This document shows positions 29,104-44,657 of a DNA stretch of 64,000 nt, piece after piece. This stretch comes from the human T2T-CHM13v2.0 reference genome, Homo sapiens. The notes under the pieces were generated by a model. That model was not told the origin of the DNA. It saw nothing but the letters and a program-made list of their open reading frames with translations, and ran no database searches. The DNA is taken from assembly GCF_009914755.1 (NCBI RefSeq), contig NC_060936.1, one strand, 5' to 3'. A program made the position numbers and the translations under genes. The stretch's first letter is position 1, and every line of letters begins with the position of its first letter.

Positions 29104-31579
29104 TCAAGGAAAGGCTGAGGAAGAGGAGCCAGCAAGGAGGCTTTAAAGAAAGTATCATAGAAATAAGGAGAGAACCACAGATACTGTTTCATAAGCCTAG
29201 GAGTGGAGGGAAATTGAGTTGGAAAGAAAGGGAGTGGTCACCTACATCAAATGTGAGGGATATCAAACAAAATTAAGGATAAATAAAATCCACTAAAGAA
29301 TTTAATCTACCTATCAGGCAGTTCAAAGAAAGATAATTTAATAAAGGGTCCATCTAAAATTTGAATGCCCTCAAAATAATGCTGTCTTGGGAACTGTCCA
29401 GTTGCACTTTTATGAACACTCCCAGTGTTAAAACTTTACCACTTAATGAAACCCTTAATCTTTACACGGCTCTAAATATTATCAAAATCTTCCTCATTTT
29501 GAATACGAATATTTCTCCTTATATAACTGTCCACTGATACAATACCGTTTTCAAATATTTGAAGATAACTTTTCTAATATAGCACTTATCATAATTTGCA
29601 GATCTATTTGTGTATATGTCAATACATACAGATATATTCTTGATTATAAACTCCGAGAGTAATGATGCTCCCTGTTTCACTAAGTATCCACAGCACATAG
29701 CACAGTGCCTGAAACCTATTAGATGCTCCACATACAACGATTGAATTAATAAGTGTATTGATGAGCAGGGATTTAGACTCCAGAATTAATTATTGAATGA
29801 AATTTTAGCATTCCTTTCCCTGTGGATTTTTTTTCTTAATTGGATCAATGCTTATGTAACTTCTAAGTCAATGCAAGAAAGCAAGATATATTGGGTGCCC
29901 TCTCAAACTTCCTTCCAGAACTTTGATTCTGTGAAAAGCTGACAAAGATTACATGCAGTGGGAACATCTCATTGGAAAATTAGGAAACCTGGGTCCCAGA
30001 CACAGGTCTGTCACTATTTCTGTGCTCTTCAATAAGCCTGGCTACTTCTCTGGGCCTTGGGACCACATTCATAAAGTGAACCTTTTGTATCTACACACTC
30101 CAAGGTCTTTTTCTAGTTTAATATATAAGACTATAAAAAATGTAAATATTATAATATACTGTGTAAAGAAAGATACCTGAAATGCCTAGTCATTGCTCTG
30201 ATTATATTATCATTTCTTCAAACTTCACATTTCTCTTTTTTTTGAAGCTATTGTATAGCTATAATAAGCTCCTTTTATACCATATTTTCACTTTGCCACA
30301 TCTTCAATCATCTGAAATACAACTGCCCTATCATCTCTAACAAAGTAGTTCTTCAAATTGAATTACATTGTTGTTTTCTATGACACTGAATCTATTCTTT
30401 CACAAGGGGCCTTTCTCTTAGCCTCAGCTAGGAAGTTTTATTGCTAGTTATAATTCTAAAGCACAATCTATAGCAATACTTATTGATAATTAAGGCGAAT
30501 TATCAACAATTACTATTCCATTATATAAGCAACAATTCTAATGAGACCAAGAAAGTGAATTAAGTATACAAAGAACATATTATATATATATATTAAAATT
30601 ACAAGAAAATTTGCCTGATACCTCTCATCTATTAAAAAAAAAGAATTCAACCTGTTCCCACCTTTTTCAGCAATATTTCTAAGACATTCAAAAGAAAATA
30701 CAACATAGGTGTAATACACTGCTCCTCCTTTGATGTTGCCATATTAAAGACATCCATAAACTTCAAGAATAGAAATCCACTATTACAATACCATCATATT
30801 ACACCATCATATTACCATACAATATCTGCTGCCTGCATTGTCATATTATTAGAAAAAATCTATTTACATATATATTTTGGTTTTATTCTGCCATTTGTTA
30901 CAAATAAAATTAATTTAAAATAGATTTACTTGGAAAGGGATTGTCTGAATTCTTCCCATATAACTAATGTTTTCATAAGGCTTTGTCATTAATCAAAAAA
31001 TTAAAAGATTGCATTGTTCATCACTCACCCAGCATTTAGCATCTAACTAGTCTTCTATTGATGTTCTACAAATGCAACTGAGTTCTGCACCAGAACTGCT
31101 GCATAGACTATTCCCACCCTACCCCCAAGAAACCCATTTCTTACACAGCAAAGAGCCCAAGAGAGGGAAGGTAAATGTAATCGTACATTTTGGCCTGAGT
31201 TTAAATTCCAGAAAAAGACACACTTTGGCTCACATTTATTGAAGAGTTAGAGCTTTTTTTTCAATTCGAATGAATAAATATTTGAGTACATAACATGAAT
31301 TTTTCAAATTTCCTTAGATGCTAGTTCCTTATTTTAATACATAACAACGCTTTTCATCAAATGAAATTGGAGAATCATAGAAATGCATTTATAGGAAATC
31401 TGAGACATATTCAAAGAATGCTATGGATGTTATGGTATAATTTTAACTGAACAATTCTAAAATTGAAAAAGGGGGTCCTACTTAGCATTTCCAGATACAA
31501 ATAATTTGAACCAAAAGAATTCTCTAACCAGCATTCTGTTAAGCAGAATGAATCTAATGTTCTAATGGTATGATTGAGA

Positions 31580-31790
31580 TGCAATACTGTGTGGTTAAAA
31601 ACTCAGCTCTGAAGGCAGAACATCTGATTCAAGACTCATGTTTGCTTCCTACAAGCTGTGTGGCCTTGGTCAAGCCACTTGCTTATAAAATAGGAAGGAC
31701 ACTAGTCCCTTACTCTTGAATTGCTGTGTGAGTTTAAAAAGATCACTCACGTGAAGTACTTAGCACAGTGCCTGGCATGTTGGTCAGGTT
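31580..31790 (+). mobile_element. MIR
   Basis: agctgtgtggccttggtcaagccactt...aagtacttagcacagtgcctggca. Confidence 0.75.
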
Positions 31791-32725
31791 TTAAATTCTT
31801 TTAATGTTTACAGATCTCCATAGAAAGCAAAGACAACAGGGGGGAAACCTTCATCCCTTCAGAGTGTTCCTGTCCATGACAACTATGCAGGGGCACAGCC
31901 TCAGTGCACAATGACACTCAAGTGGTAACAGAAAGCAAAATGGAAATACAGAACTCTGGGCATGCTCCTCACTTTCATCCATGGCTCTCTCTTCCTGCCA
32001 CCACCAACTTGTCTAGGCAGCAGAATGCTGCTAGAAAAGTGGACTTCATGGTCTATGAGGCCAAGTTGCTGCAAGCTGGGCAAAAACTCAGGAAGACAAC
32101 AATAGAGAGAGAGGTGACTTTCTGCTGACATTTTTAAAGCTAAGTTCTTTTATACACATTATTGTTCCCCAAATCTCTCTCCTTGGTGTTAAGACATTTC
32201 CTGGGAGATCTCAACCATTCAGAGGATTTCAGCTGCTAACAGTACACTAATGACTTCCAAACCTGTGTATTTAAGCCGTAATTCTGTTCTGAACTTCAAA
32301 CCCAAATTTACCATTACTCACATTTCCTCTTGGGTATCGCAAAGGTACCTCAAACTCAAAATGCTTAAAATTAAACCAATTATCTTCATCTAGGTGGGCT
32401 ACAGTTGCTCTGGGGATCTCATTTTATAACCCCCAGCAGTCACCTAAGCCAGGACCCATTATTGACTCTTTTCTCTCCCACTACCACATATTCAGTCTCC
32501 AAGACCAGTTCGTTTCATCTCCTACCTCTCAACTGTTCCTTCTTTTCCACCTTTCTTCCACCTCTTTTCTTCAAACTTTTGCCAGTTCTCACCAGAATGA
32601 CTGAATAGCTCTGTAGCTGGTGTCACTGGCTTCCTACTCTCCCCTCCATGGAGTCTATCCCCTATATTCTCACCAAAGCATCTTTCTAAATATCAGAGGA
32701 GGGTAAGCCTCAAAGAGACCACAGT

Positions 32726-33022
32726 TAGGCACGGCAGCTCACACCTGTAATCACAGCACTTTGGGAGGCTGAGACAAGAGGATCACTTGAGGCCAGGAGT
32801 TCAAAACCAGCCTGGGCAACATAACAAGACCCCATCTCTATAAAAAATTGAAAAATTAGCCAGGCATGGTGGTGCAAGTCTGTAGTCCTAACTTTTTGGA
32901 AGGCTGAGGCAGGAGGATCACTTGAGCCCGAGAGATCGAGGCTGCAGTCAGCTATGATTGTACCTCTGCGCTCCAGCCTGAATGACAGAGTCTCTAAAAA
33001 ATAAAATAAAATATGAATAAAG
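32726..33022 (+). mobile_element. AluJ
   Basis: Dimeric; TSD aaagagacc(a/t)cagt at 32712-32725 and 33023-33036. Confidence 0.93.
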
Positions 33023-33162
33023 AAAGAGACCTCAGTGGGGCAGTAATAAAATTCTGTCAGGAGTATAAAAGGTCACCGTTTATGTTATAATTTTTCTTAG
33101 AGTAGCTATTATAGCAGACATAAACTAGGAAACAAAGGTTTACTTTGATGTGACAGAGATAC

Positions 33163-33610
33163 TATCAAGAACTCTGAAGGGTCTGAGAGTTTACCCTATT
33201 TGCAAACTCACAAGTTAGTCTACCATATTTCACAGATCCTGGCAAAAGACACAAGATTCCCAGATTAGAGACAGAGGAGTTTATTATTCATCATACAGCA
33301 AGCAGCATGAATATCCTGTTTAAGTCAGTTCTCTTTCTCCCCAAGACTCACAGGTATGACATAAAGGATCCCATGCAGATGCTGCATGTGGCATCCCTAG
33401 CACTTATGGAACCCATATCTTTTATAATGGGCTACAAGAAGATCTGCCCTTTGCCTCGAAGGGAGATTATTTTTATTATGTTGGACAGTAAGTAAATCTG
33501 CCCTGTAATCCAGAGACAGAGATTGTTTTCCAAGACTAGTCACTTGTTAAACATCCTTGAAAAGATATTTTGGAACAGAAGAGTAGTTAGTGTTCTGAGA
33601 CACTTGTAGA
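33163..33610 (-). mobile_element. ERVL-class solo LTR, subfamily uncertain
   Basis: Begins tatcaagaactctgaagggtctgaga...ttaccctatttgcaa (reverse LTR end), with tttatt (reverse polyA signal). Confidence 0.6.
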
Positions 33611-36600
33611 GAAACAGGTTTTGAATTCAAACCTGCCTCTGGCATTCACTGTCTGTATGATTTTTACCTTTCTCTATCAGAGTTTCCTTACCTGAAATTG
33701 AGGATCGCACTCATTTCTAACTCACAGCCATTTTACAATATCAAAAGAAATCACTTGCATACAAATGTTTTGTAAACAATATAGCACTATTTAAGTATAG
33801 TTATTATTTATGATTCTGGAATGTATTTTGTTGTTTCTTATGGAAATGAAAGAGAAAAATTATTTAGAATTTTTAAATTATACAATTAATGAAACGCTTA
33901 TTAAATGCCTTATTAAAGGTTAGATTTGGGTGGTACAAGGTGAAGAATTATGACACATTCCTCAACCTCAAGAATTTCACATTCTAGGGAGGAAGTCGAC
34001 AGAAAGGACAATGACCAAGATGTGTTCAAGTGACAGAATAGAAGCATTATATGCTTCTATAGAACTTGGAGAAATCTTTATAGAACTTGGAAGAATCTAA
34101 GTAACCATTAAATCCAACCCTCTCATTTGCCATAGAGAAAACTGGTGATGAAAATGATCAGTAATTTTTTTCCAAGGGCTGATAGCTATCTGTGGCAGTG
34201 TCAGAACTGGAACTCATTATTTTTGACTTTTAGTTTAATAAACAACCTTGACAGAAATTTCTTGTTCCTGAATAGAGGTTTTACAAGACTGAGGCAGGAC
34301 ACTCGGTTTGGCTCCACGCATTTTTCTCTCCTCTATGGTCTTACTTCAGTGCATTGCCATTTTACCTCTTTGTTCCCCAAGAATTTCAATGGATTTATTC
34401 TTTTCTAACTTCTTACTTTTCTCAAAGGTCAAGGATTTCCTCTTTTTTTAGAGAGAAATCTAGAACAAACTTCCCTTCTGATCTTCTTTTCTCTCTTACT
34501 TTTACTCCATCTGGCTCCCTACCTGATAATTCTTCCTCGTTATATCCCACAAAATGCTAACCCTGCCACCTTCTCAATCCCTGACTGCCAGTTATTCAGT
34601 CTGCTTTTTTCTCTCAGTTCACTCCGGTCTGCCATACCATCTGCCCAGTGAACTTGATGCAGATTTCATAAAATGCAAAGTAAAATATTAGCTACAAACC
34701 CTGAAGTTCACCTTAAAGACTAGGTAATCAGCTGCTAGGAAAAGACAGTAAGCAAGGAAAATCATAGCTCACCCAGTTTTCCTAGTAGTGTAACATGGAC
34801 TCTGCTCCAAGGTAAAATTCACCAATGTGCAGTAAGCTTGATTTCAATTCCATGTATTGATTTTAAATTTTTTTCAGTACTATACAGTACCTGAATTTTT
34901 TACGAATTTTCATATTTGGGATTGCATTGGGGAAGAAGAATAGATACATCTTTTTCAATAAGTACCACCGTAGCCATAGCTCAAAAATTAGATTGAGCTT
35001 AGAGCTTAGTTACACAAGTCTGAGTGTTTTGGGACAATACAAGGAAAAATCAGGTTCATTCCATTTAAAGCCTTTCTTGAGAATCATCAGAGAATCCCAA
35101 AAATATTATACTTCAAAGACTAAAGACATCATATTCAAGGGTTTTGAGAAAGTTTCTAAGTGTGTAGCAATGCTAATATATACAGTTATAATCTTTTAAA
35201 ATACATGCAAAGAAAAAATATTCAACTTTTTTATAATCTAATAAACTGAACTTTTTCAGGTTTTATTAAACATATGTGTTTTTTAAATAATCAAGTACAG
35301 TCAAAGAGTTTTAATTTTGTGGAATCTTCTATGGTGGCAAGAATTTAGAAGCCTTACTTAACTCAGAAGGGTGAAAATGAAATCAATAAATATCTGAGCA
35401 TATTAGCTATACTAAATAGCATTTAGAATTAGAATAGCCAAAAAAATTTAGTATCATTGAAGCCAAGAACAATGGTATCATGGTCAATAATGTTTCTGAA
35501 GTTAACAAAAAAAAAGCAAATCCCAGTTCATGATAAATTACAAAAATGGTAATTATGTAGATAAGAATAAATGGCTTTAAATTCCCTAATGAATGAGTCA
35601 AGTTACTGACAAGAGCAATCAAAATATATTCCATATGTGATTAACAACACTTAAATTTGACATTGACAAATATTATTTAATTTATACAACAGTAGAATCA
35701 CAAGTGTATGTAGTCTCTAAGTCTCCAGGTTACAATAAATTATGGAAAGAATGAGAATTTCAGTCAGCATGCTTACTTTATTTTTGTCCTTGACCTTTTG
35801 CCTAGAATGTATTTGTTAATTCGGGTGTAGGTCAGAAAAACTGGTGCCCCCCGCCCCCTGAGTCTCTCTCTCACATACACACACGCGTGTGCACACACAC
35901 ATAATTAGAAATGACACTTCTTCACAGAATTCTCCCTTCGGCATTGAAGAAACATATAAAGCTACACTCTATCAATTTGTAACTATGTAACTACTGATCC
36001 CATCTTCCCATTAAGTTTATTAAGTACCTATTAGATGCCAGACACTATGCTAAACATTGAGAATCAATAGAAATGAGATATACATGGGTCTGCCTCACAG
36101 AGCTTACAGTCTAACAGATTCAGTGGAATGAATTGATATCATTCCTCTGCTATAAGCAAAGCTATTCTATATAGTAGAAACTTGTAAACACTTAGAAGAA
36201 AAAAACTGAGTAAGATTTAATAGCATGACTATCACGAACTATATTAATCATACAACTTGAAAGAAAACAAATTGCTTCACTCCCTCAGACTGACATGTCT
36301 AAATCTAATCTCAGTTTATAATTAATACACCAGCATAAGGAAACATAAGAACTTCCAGAGCATTGATAAAACTGATGACGAAATATTTCATCCAGTGAAC
36401 TGAGCTTGTGACATGAGGTCCTAGACAGCAGTAGAATAGAGTCACGTACCTTAGCTATGACACCTTCTGACATTAGCCAAACTGGCTTAGGGTGAGAAAA
36501 TCCTTCTAATATATGAAGATAAGAAGTTCAAACTTCCTAAATCATAAAGTATTATGTCTTCAATCCTATAGGAATCACTTATGGAAAGTTATTTAAGATT

Positions 36601-37177
36601 AACAGGGCAAAATTTACAAAAAGGAAGAGACATTCATTTTAAAATTGTAAGCCCAATAAATACACAAGGAAAGCTTCATCTTTTCTCAAGTCCATCCCCC
36701 CCCCGCTACACATAGTAGCTACTCAAGTAGAACAAAAACCTAGACATTATGGCCAAAATTTTGACATCTAAGCCCTAAAAGGAATAAGTCACTATTGAAA
36801 TTCCAAAAATAATTTGGAGAACTAAAATTGACTTTGTATACTAGAATATATTGATATATAATATAATGTCTTAGTTATGAAATAAACATCTCTTCAAACT
36901 GTAGGATGTAAACCAAACTTGTATTAATATGTGAAAAACAATTTCTAATTTATGTATTGGAGGAAAAATATGTTCTCTAAATGGAAGGTTAAAAAACTAA
37001 GCAAAACACTTACAAATTCTGTGCTCCTATGAAAGAGCCTATGAGAAAAATGTCTGGAGTCAGTGACCAGGTTTGAGCTGCTTGCCACAGGGAGAAACCT
37101 GTCAAAGGGGTAAGAGTTGAAGGCTTCCCACCTTTTCGAATGTGCAGAATAAAATTTAGTGATAAAAATGCTTTCTA

Positions 37178-37328
37178 AAGCCATGCAACTCAAACCATAG
37201 TCCACGGGCCAACAGTATTCAGCTGGGAGCTTGTTAAAAAGGCAGAATCTCAGGCCCTCTTCCAGAACCTTCATTTTAGCAAAATTTCCCTGGTAATTTG
37301 TGTACACATAGAAGTTTAAAAGGCACTG
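37178..37328. mobile_element. MER5A hAT-Charlie MITE
   Basis: ctgggagcttgttaaaaaggcagaatctcaggccc...cattttagcaaaatttccctggtaatt...aagtttaaaaggcactg. Confidence 0.8.
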
Positions 37329-37737
37329 TTATGAGGAATAAGGCATTCTGGGACTACAGAGCCTGTTCCAAATATTTTGCATAAATTTAAACTTCTGCAT
37401 CTACCATTTGTGTCACCCTCCATTTGAGGACAGACCTTGTGAGCTAGAATCAATCCACTGCATTACATACCTCACCTCAAATATATTCTATAATATTTTT
37501 CTTCACAATCCATTTCAACTCAAATATTTAACTATTTTAATTATTTCTTTTCAGACCTATACTTCACAGCTATAAATAAGAATGACTAAGAAGAAAACAT
37601 ACAGCACAATACATTGTTGAACCATTCCTTCAGATTAATTTCAAAACTCCAAGTAATATACTAAAATGGTAAATATCATGAGGGCAGATGTCTGCCTTTT
37701 TTGTATACTAAGATAGCCCAAACACCTAGAGAGTGCT

Positions 37738-38433
<696 letters not shown>

Positions 38434-38829
38434 GTGCCCAATAAATACTTATTGAATAAATGAACAGACTTTTCCAAGGATTATAAATTCTCAAAATTCA
38501 TACATAGATTTTGAATGAATATGTTTAATTATCATATAATATATGAAGATTATTTATTTTCTAGCCTAGTTGATCGAACTAATTTTATTTCAGTGACTAT
38601 GAAAGCCATCAGTAGAGCAAAGACATGTAACCCTAAAAAACCTGAGACCCATGACCTATCACAACTTGTTTTATAACAAAACAGCATCATGCAGATAAAG
38701 CAACATTACTAAATTATAAGATTAAATCTGATTCAATTTTATGTCCCAAGGTCTATAGCCTTTAGTCATCACCATAATCATCATTATCATCATCTTCATC
38801 ATCTCCATCTCAATCTTACAAAGCTGAAG

Positions 38830-39911
38830 AACCCAAATAGCAAGCTAATGAATTTTAACCACTCAACAAATGACGGAAGGAGCAAACATATCTTCAACTA
38901 GAAAAGTATAAATTTTGACCCAATTCTGAATGTATATTGATAAGCACACCAATCATCAGTCTAAAAGGGGTTTGCAATAATGCTTAAATGCATACATATC
39001 TTAGCAGGAAACAACTGTCATATAACAGATTACTTATCTATTGGAAAGTATATATGAGGTATTTAAATGCCAGAAACTATCTGCTAGATTTTCCTTGACT
39101 TCCTAACTAAAAGGGAAGCTCCTTAAGGTTAAATATGTCACGCTATATTATTGCACTTCCATGCCATGATACTTAGTGGGTCTGAACACACGGGAAAAAA
39201 AAAATTCTTTTTTTTTTTTTTTTTTTTTTGAGGCATAGTCTCACTCTGTCACCCAGGCTAGAGTGCATGGTGTGATCACAGCTCAATGCAGCTGTGACCT
39301 CCCAGGCTCAAGTGATCCTCCCCCCTCTCAGCCTCTCAAGTAGCTGGGACTACAGGCACACACACCCATGCCTGGCTAATTTTTTTTTTTTTACTTTTGT
39401 AAAGGCAGGGTTTCATCATGTTGCCCGGATGGTCTTGAACTCCTGGGCTCAAGTGATCCTCTTGCCTCAGCTTCCCAAAGTGCTGGGATTACAGGCATGA
39501 GCCACCGTGCCTGGCTGAAAAAACACTTTATTTTAATTGTCTTAAAAATTCCACTGAAGAAATATGTTGCTGAGAAACTGAGGCACAGAGAAATAAAGTG
39601 GTTTTTTCATGGCCACATGGTTATTTATTGTTAGAGCTACAAAGCATCTCCAGAGCTCTCGCCACTGCACCACACTGGTTTTATAATAGTCAATTTCAAA
39701 ATTTATCTGCTAACCCAAATAGCAAGCTAATGAATTTTAACCACTCAACAAATGATGGAAGGAGCAAACATACCTTCAACTAAAAAAGTATAAATTCTGA
39801 CCCAATTCTGAATGTATATTTATAAGCATGCCAATTATCAGTCTAATAGGGGTTGGCAATAATGTTTAAATACATACATATCTTAGCAGGAAAAAAACTG
39901 TCATATAACAG
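38830..39911 (+). repeat. Dispersed direct repeat of about 200 bp of non-TE sequence (38830-39028 and 39712-39911)
   Basis: Manual alignment: 13 substitutions and 1 indel, about 93% identity. Confidence 0.95.
39205..39516 (-). mobile_element. AluJ
   Basis: Poly-T followed by reverse dimeric Alu. Confidence 0.92.
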
Positions 39912-42900
39912 TCATTAGATTTAGTCCAAGAACTAAACTTTTAAAAATTAGGTTAAGTTTTTTCCTTAAAGTTTTCCAAAATGGGGCCTCTGTTTTGTGG
40001 AGGATGAGATTTCAATGCCCTCTCATTCTCCCCTTGGCCTTTGAATTGCTTCACTGAAATGTGGATCGTCTACCTCTTTTCTCTTTCTACACTGTGAAAA
40101 AGAACTAAAGTTAGAGCTATTTCACTCAATTTGACTCAACTTTCCAAAGAAAATACAAACAAAGCTGGAGAACCCAAATAGCAAGCAAGACCAGTTCACA
40201 GCTACTGACTTGTCTGATAGCCATTTCTGAGAAATTTTCTGAACACTCTAGCACCAACAAATTTGAGTATGCCATTTACCATATAACTATAACAAGGTAA
40301 AACTAAACTAAGAAAGAAATGGTAACAGTAACCAGGTTTCCTACTTTAAATAAAATAGTACTGGACAGTGCCTCTGTGAAATTAGAACTGTCTATAAGCT
40401 AGTAATGATAAAAATATAAGTATAAATGTTGTTTTTCTCAAGTAATATGAATGGCCATTTCTAAATTCTTGACTGATCTGAAAGTCACAAATTCATTCCA
40501 TCAATATATAATGCCCTATTGTTTGTAAGGTCCTGGAAGGCCTGCCCTCTCAAAGAATATATTTTAATAAAGTCTCTTTGTTCTATCACTAGGTGGAAGT
40601 TTGCTATTAAAATTCCTATAACCACATAACCCTTTTAAAACCATGGCAGAGTTTTCAGATATAGACAATAATTTTGAATGATCAGTTTTTTGTACCAGAA
40701 GGAATCTGTCTCCTCATAGCCCAGGACATTCTGGTTTGAAAACTTTAATTCCAAAGCACAAATGCACCTTTACAAAAATCTTCTGTTCTAGTGCCCACTA
40801 TAATTTATTTTCAAAGACTTGTTTATAAAGAGCTGCATAATCCACCCAAAGAAAGTCAAAGTGTTTTTCTTTATTATTAAACTCAACAGAAAGTTCCATG
40901 TGCAGCTACAGGAGGCCATAGGCAATTAACACTGAAAATTGAAAGGTTTAGAATGTTTGCATGACCTTTAAAGGGCAACACCGTTGCCCATTCACATGCA
41001 TGCAATTATGCAGTGACTAGTTTGTAGCAGCAAATATATATATATTTATTTATATTTAGTAAAACAAACCTTGCATTCATCAAAAACTACTTTGAACTTT
41101 CCAGGCTTCATGTAGAGAGTTAGCTTTACATAGTACAGGAGACTTGTTCAGCTGGTTCTCTTCATTTTGTCAAATTACTAAATTCAGCCTATCACCGTAA
41201 TTGCTAGAATGCAACATTATCACATTATTGAATCTCTCTGTAGAGTTTCCAAAATCTACTGCATAAAGCTACGTTTAAAAGAAGCAATATAAATATAAAT
41301 TTAATTGAATGACTATGTTTGTACTATTGCTGGGGAAAGGGAGATGTAACTTTGCTAACTAGCCATTCAGGGGAAATCATAAAACAATTACAGCTACTAT
41401 GGAGTAACTTAGGAGATTGAAGGAAGTGATTAAAAGGACTTTATCTAATATAAACATATAAGCTCTGATTCCTTAGTTATATATCTCATACTCCACATGA
41501 ACCACTGAACAAAATAGAGTATTCTTCTTACAGCTTAAATATTTACTCTTCATCTGATTTCAAGTAAACTAGAAACCTTATGTTTTCCAATGGCAATACC
41601 AATCAATTGCCTAAGTATTCCACTGACTAGCTTGCCTAATATTACAGCACAGGATAAAATCCAACATATCCATGTGGTATACACATTAGAAACAGGTGGA
41701 TTTTGGAAAACTAACATAAATTTGGAGTATGATATCAATATATTTCTGGCAATTTTGTAGATACCATTTTAAACGAGAATAGTACACGCCAATGTAATAC
41801 ATAGTTTGTGCATTGACTATGGAGGTGTATATTCAATAAAGACAGCAGCACACAGATATGTTCAGCGTTCAAAATGTGTCAAAATTCCCAGTTGTAGTGT
41901 CAATAAAAACATCCACAGTGTCTCCGCATTGAGGACAAAAATGATTTTTTTTGCATTTGTAGCCTAGTAAATAAAAGTATCTCCAAAAGAAAAATTCATG
42001 AGAAAAATAGAATGTATTAACAATGGCTCAAACAGTAAAACTCAGTTATAAATGACGTTGTCACACTATGCATACAGTTGTACTGCAAGTCAAATCATGG
42101 AAAATAGTGGAAAAACTATGCACCTATAAAGGCAGACATTCTACAAAGTTGTTCTGATCACCCTGTTACGTAAAACCAGTATTTTACATGGGTGTCATTT
42201 AAAGCATATGTATGTATGTATGTATGTATGCATGTGCATATATGTATAGATACAGAGATTATATTGTTAGGTACTACAGAGAAATATATTTAAATACTTT
42301 CACATTCCAATATGTCTAACTTATCCTCTTAAAATTTCTGTAAGATTAAGAAGACAAGAATTGTTTATTTCATTGACGACACTGCACTGAATGAATCACT
42401 GCACTGAATGAACAAAATCAGACCTTCTAAAAATTACCCAATAAGTCAGTGGCCAATGACAATTAAAAAACAGAAACTAACTTCTATGTCTCTGTTTGCT
42501 GGGCTCACCTGTCAATCTCCTGTTTCAGATTGTGCTCCGAACCTAAAGTAAAACTGTTTTCTAAAGACTAATGGTAACTCAGTGTGAAATTATTTCTTCT
42601 CTTTCGATGGAATAATTAAATAGTTCAATATGCTCAAAGTAGTTCAAAATAAAGTTAACCAAAGAATTTTCAAATAAGATGGTAAATTCACCATATTACA
42701 TGGCATTATAAAATCAGTGGTCCAAAAGCAGGCTATATCATGTGAAATTTTGTGTAAGCATGTGGCCAGATATGAAGTTGATGCAGCTGGTTTGGCCTTC
42801 ATATCTAGCAGCAGGCTGTGTTAATGCATTTCTTCTCTTTGTTTCGATGAAGCCCTACTAATAACAGGTTGATGAATTGCATTTGCAAATGTCAGGCATA

Positions 42901-44655
42901 GATCAAAGGGGATGACGGCTTGGATGATTATTTTACCCCAAGTTGTGATTTTTCACCAAGAAAACAAAACTGCATTGCACAGTAAGGTTCCTTATTTTTA
43001 CTTGAATCTTCAATGAACAAAACAGCTGCAGAAAAATGTGACTTAATGAGGCATCCCTAATAAAATACTGCAGAAGTAAAAGCAGGGGCACTGAACTGTT
43101 TGCACTCTGGTTGTTTCATCTTTTCAAATATATTAGAAATAACTGATGACACTTTGGAACATTCCTTGTTTGGGACATGCATTAGAGAGTTCGTCAGTAA
43201 ATGTTCATCAGTTTGCAGTGATTGCTGAACTTTGGTGCAATCTGACAGGACCTTTTCTTAGGGGCCAAGATAAGAAATGACTGAGAAATCCTGAAGATAC
43301 ATATCTTACCCTTCCTGTATAAGGTAATCCATAACTTGCAATTAGTGATAAGTCATCCTTAAATGTGTATTTTAACACAAAAATACATTTAAAAATGATC
43401 ATCAAAATACTACATTGAAGACACTGGATCCAGGACTACTAACATTTTCTGATAAAATATAAAATAATTTTTAAATTTTTCTACCACCCTCTAAATTTTA
43501 TCATTTTATAAATTTTTAAATAGGAAAACTGGCCATATCTAAAAACATATTTTTACAGCCATGTCATCACATTTTATAACTTGGTGGTTAGTAAATACCA
43601 TATTGCCATCTCTAAGCAATATGTAATCTATTTTTACATAAATCCATAGGCAACTCAATGAATCTTCATTCTCCAATTTGTCATTGTTAAAATAGCTAAT
43701 ATTTTTCTAATGCAATATCACATATACTTAGAAGCCTTAATTCCCCTTTAGCAGAACCTGTAGCATTATATAGGCATTTGCTTTAATGTCAAAAATTCTG
43801 GGTTCATCTTTAAGAGACACATATCATAGCACTCTACATAAATATGAATTCAAGCATCCTAAAGTACTAAATTTTTTAAAGGCAAGAAAAGAATCAAGAT
43901 TTTCACATCAAAAAAAAAATGCCTAATCTGAATAAAACAACACACTAAAGCCATTTGCCTCTTAAAAGATTCCCTGTGCCTAAGTATTCAGTTGGCAGTG
44001 ACATCAACCTCACGGACTTTTAGTATCTATAAATAATACAATCCAACTTTTTTATTGAAAATTAGGAAAATGAAAATATTTATAAGCTCCAGTGTGGTAA
44101 CTGATGGCCTTTAAGTGGCTACTGGTGGCTTTAAAAATTAAGATTCTAAAAAGAAAGGTCAACTCAAACAATTGACTCAGGATGAGATCCAAAACAAAAT
44201 AAAGTAAGGAAAGAGACAAACATGTCTGATCTTTTATTTGAAATATAGGATGTTAGGTGCCAATTTTGATATTGCAAATGATTAATCAGTCTGAGAGTAC
44301 AAATGCAAACATGGAAAGGCTGGGGTAAGTACAAATAATCTTAATCTTCTGATTTTTAAAGCTTTAGAAGTGTTTTTAATCTCCTTTCCTGGTTATTTTG
44401 GTTTAGCACTTTACACAAAAATCTTAAATTAATTGTTCATTTGTCTTAACTTATATGCCTAATAAAGCAGTTTAGGAGTGTTAATTGACAACTCTGAATG
44501 TTGATGTTTAAAACAATCTAGTTGAGAAGACAAGAATCAGATAATTATCATTCAGTCAATAGTAATTGAAATTCATCCTGTCCTGTGTGAAGGACCCTGC
44601 TACACTACCAAGTACTTTGGGGACACTTCAGAGTAAAGGTTGCTTATGAGTTTGC

Positions 44656-44657
<2 letters not shown>

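Noticed and set aside
38818-40186. CRISPR-like repeat-spacer array from the thrice-repeated 16-mer
   Set aside because: Eukaryotic DNA, irregular spacing of hundreds of bp and no cas genes; explained by local duplication.
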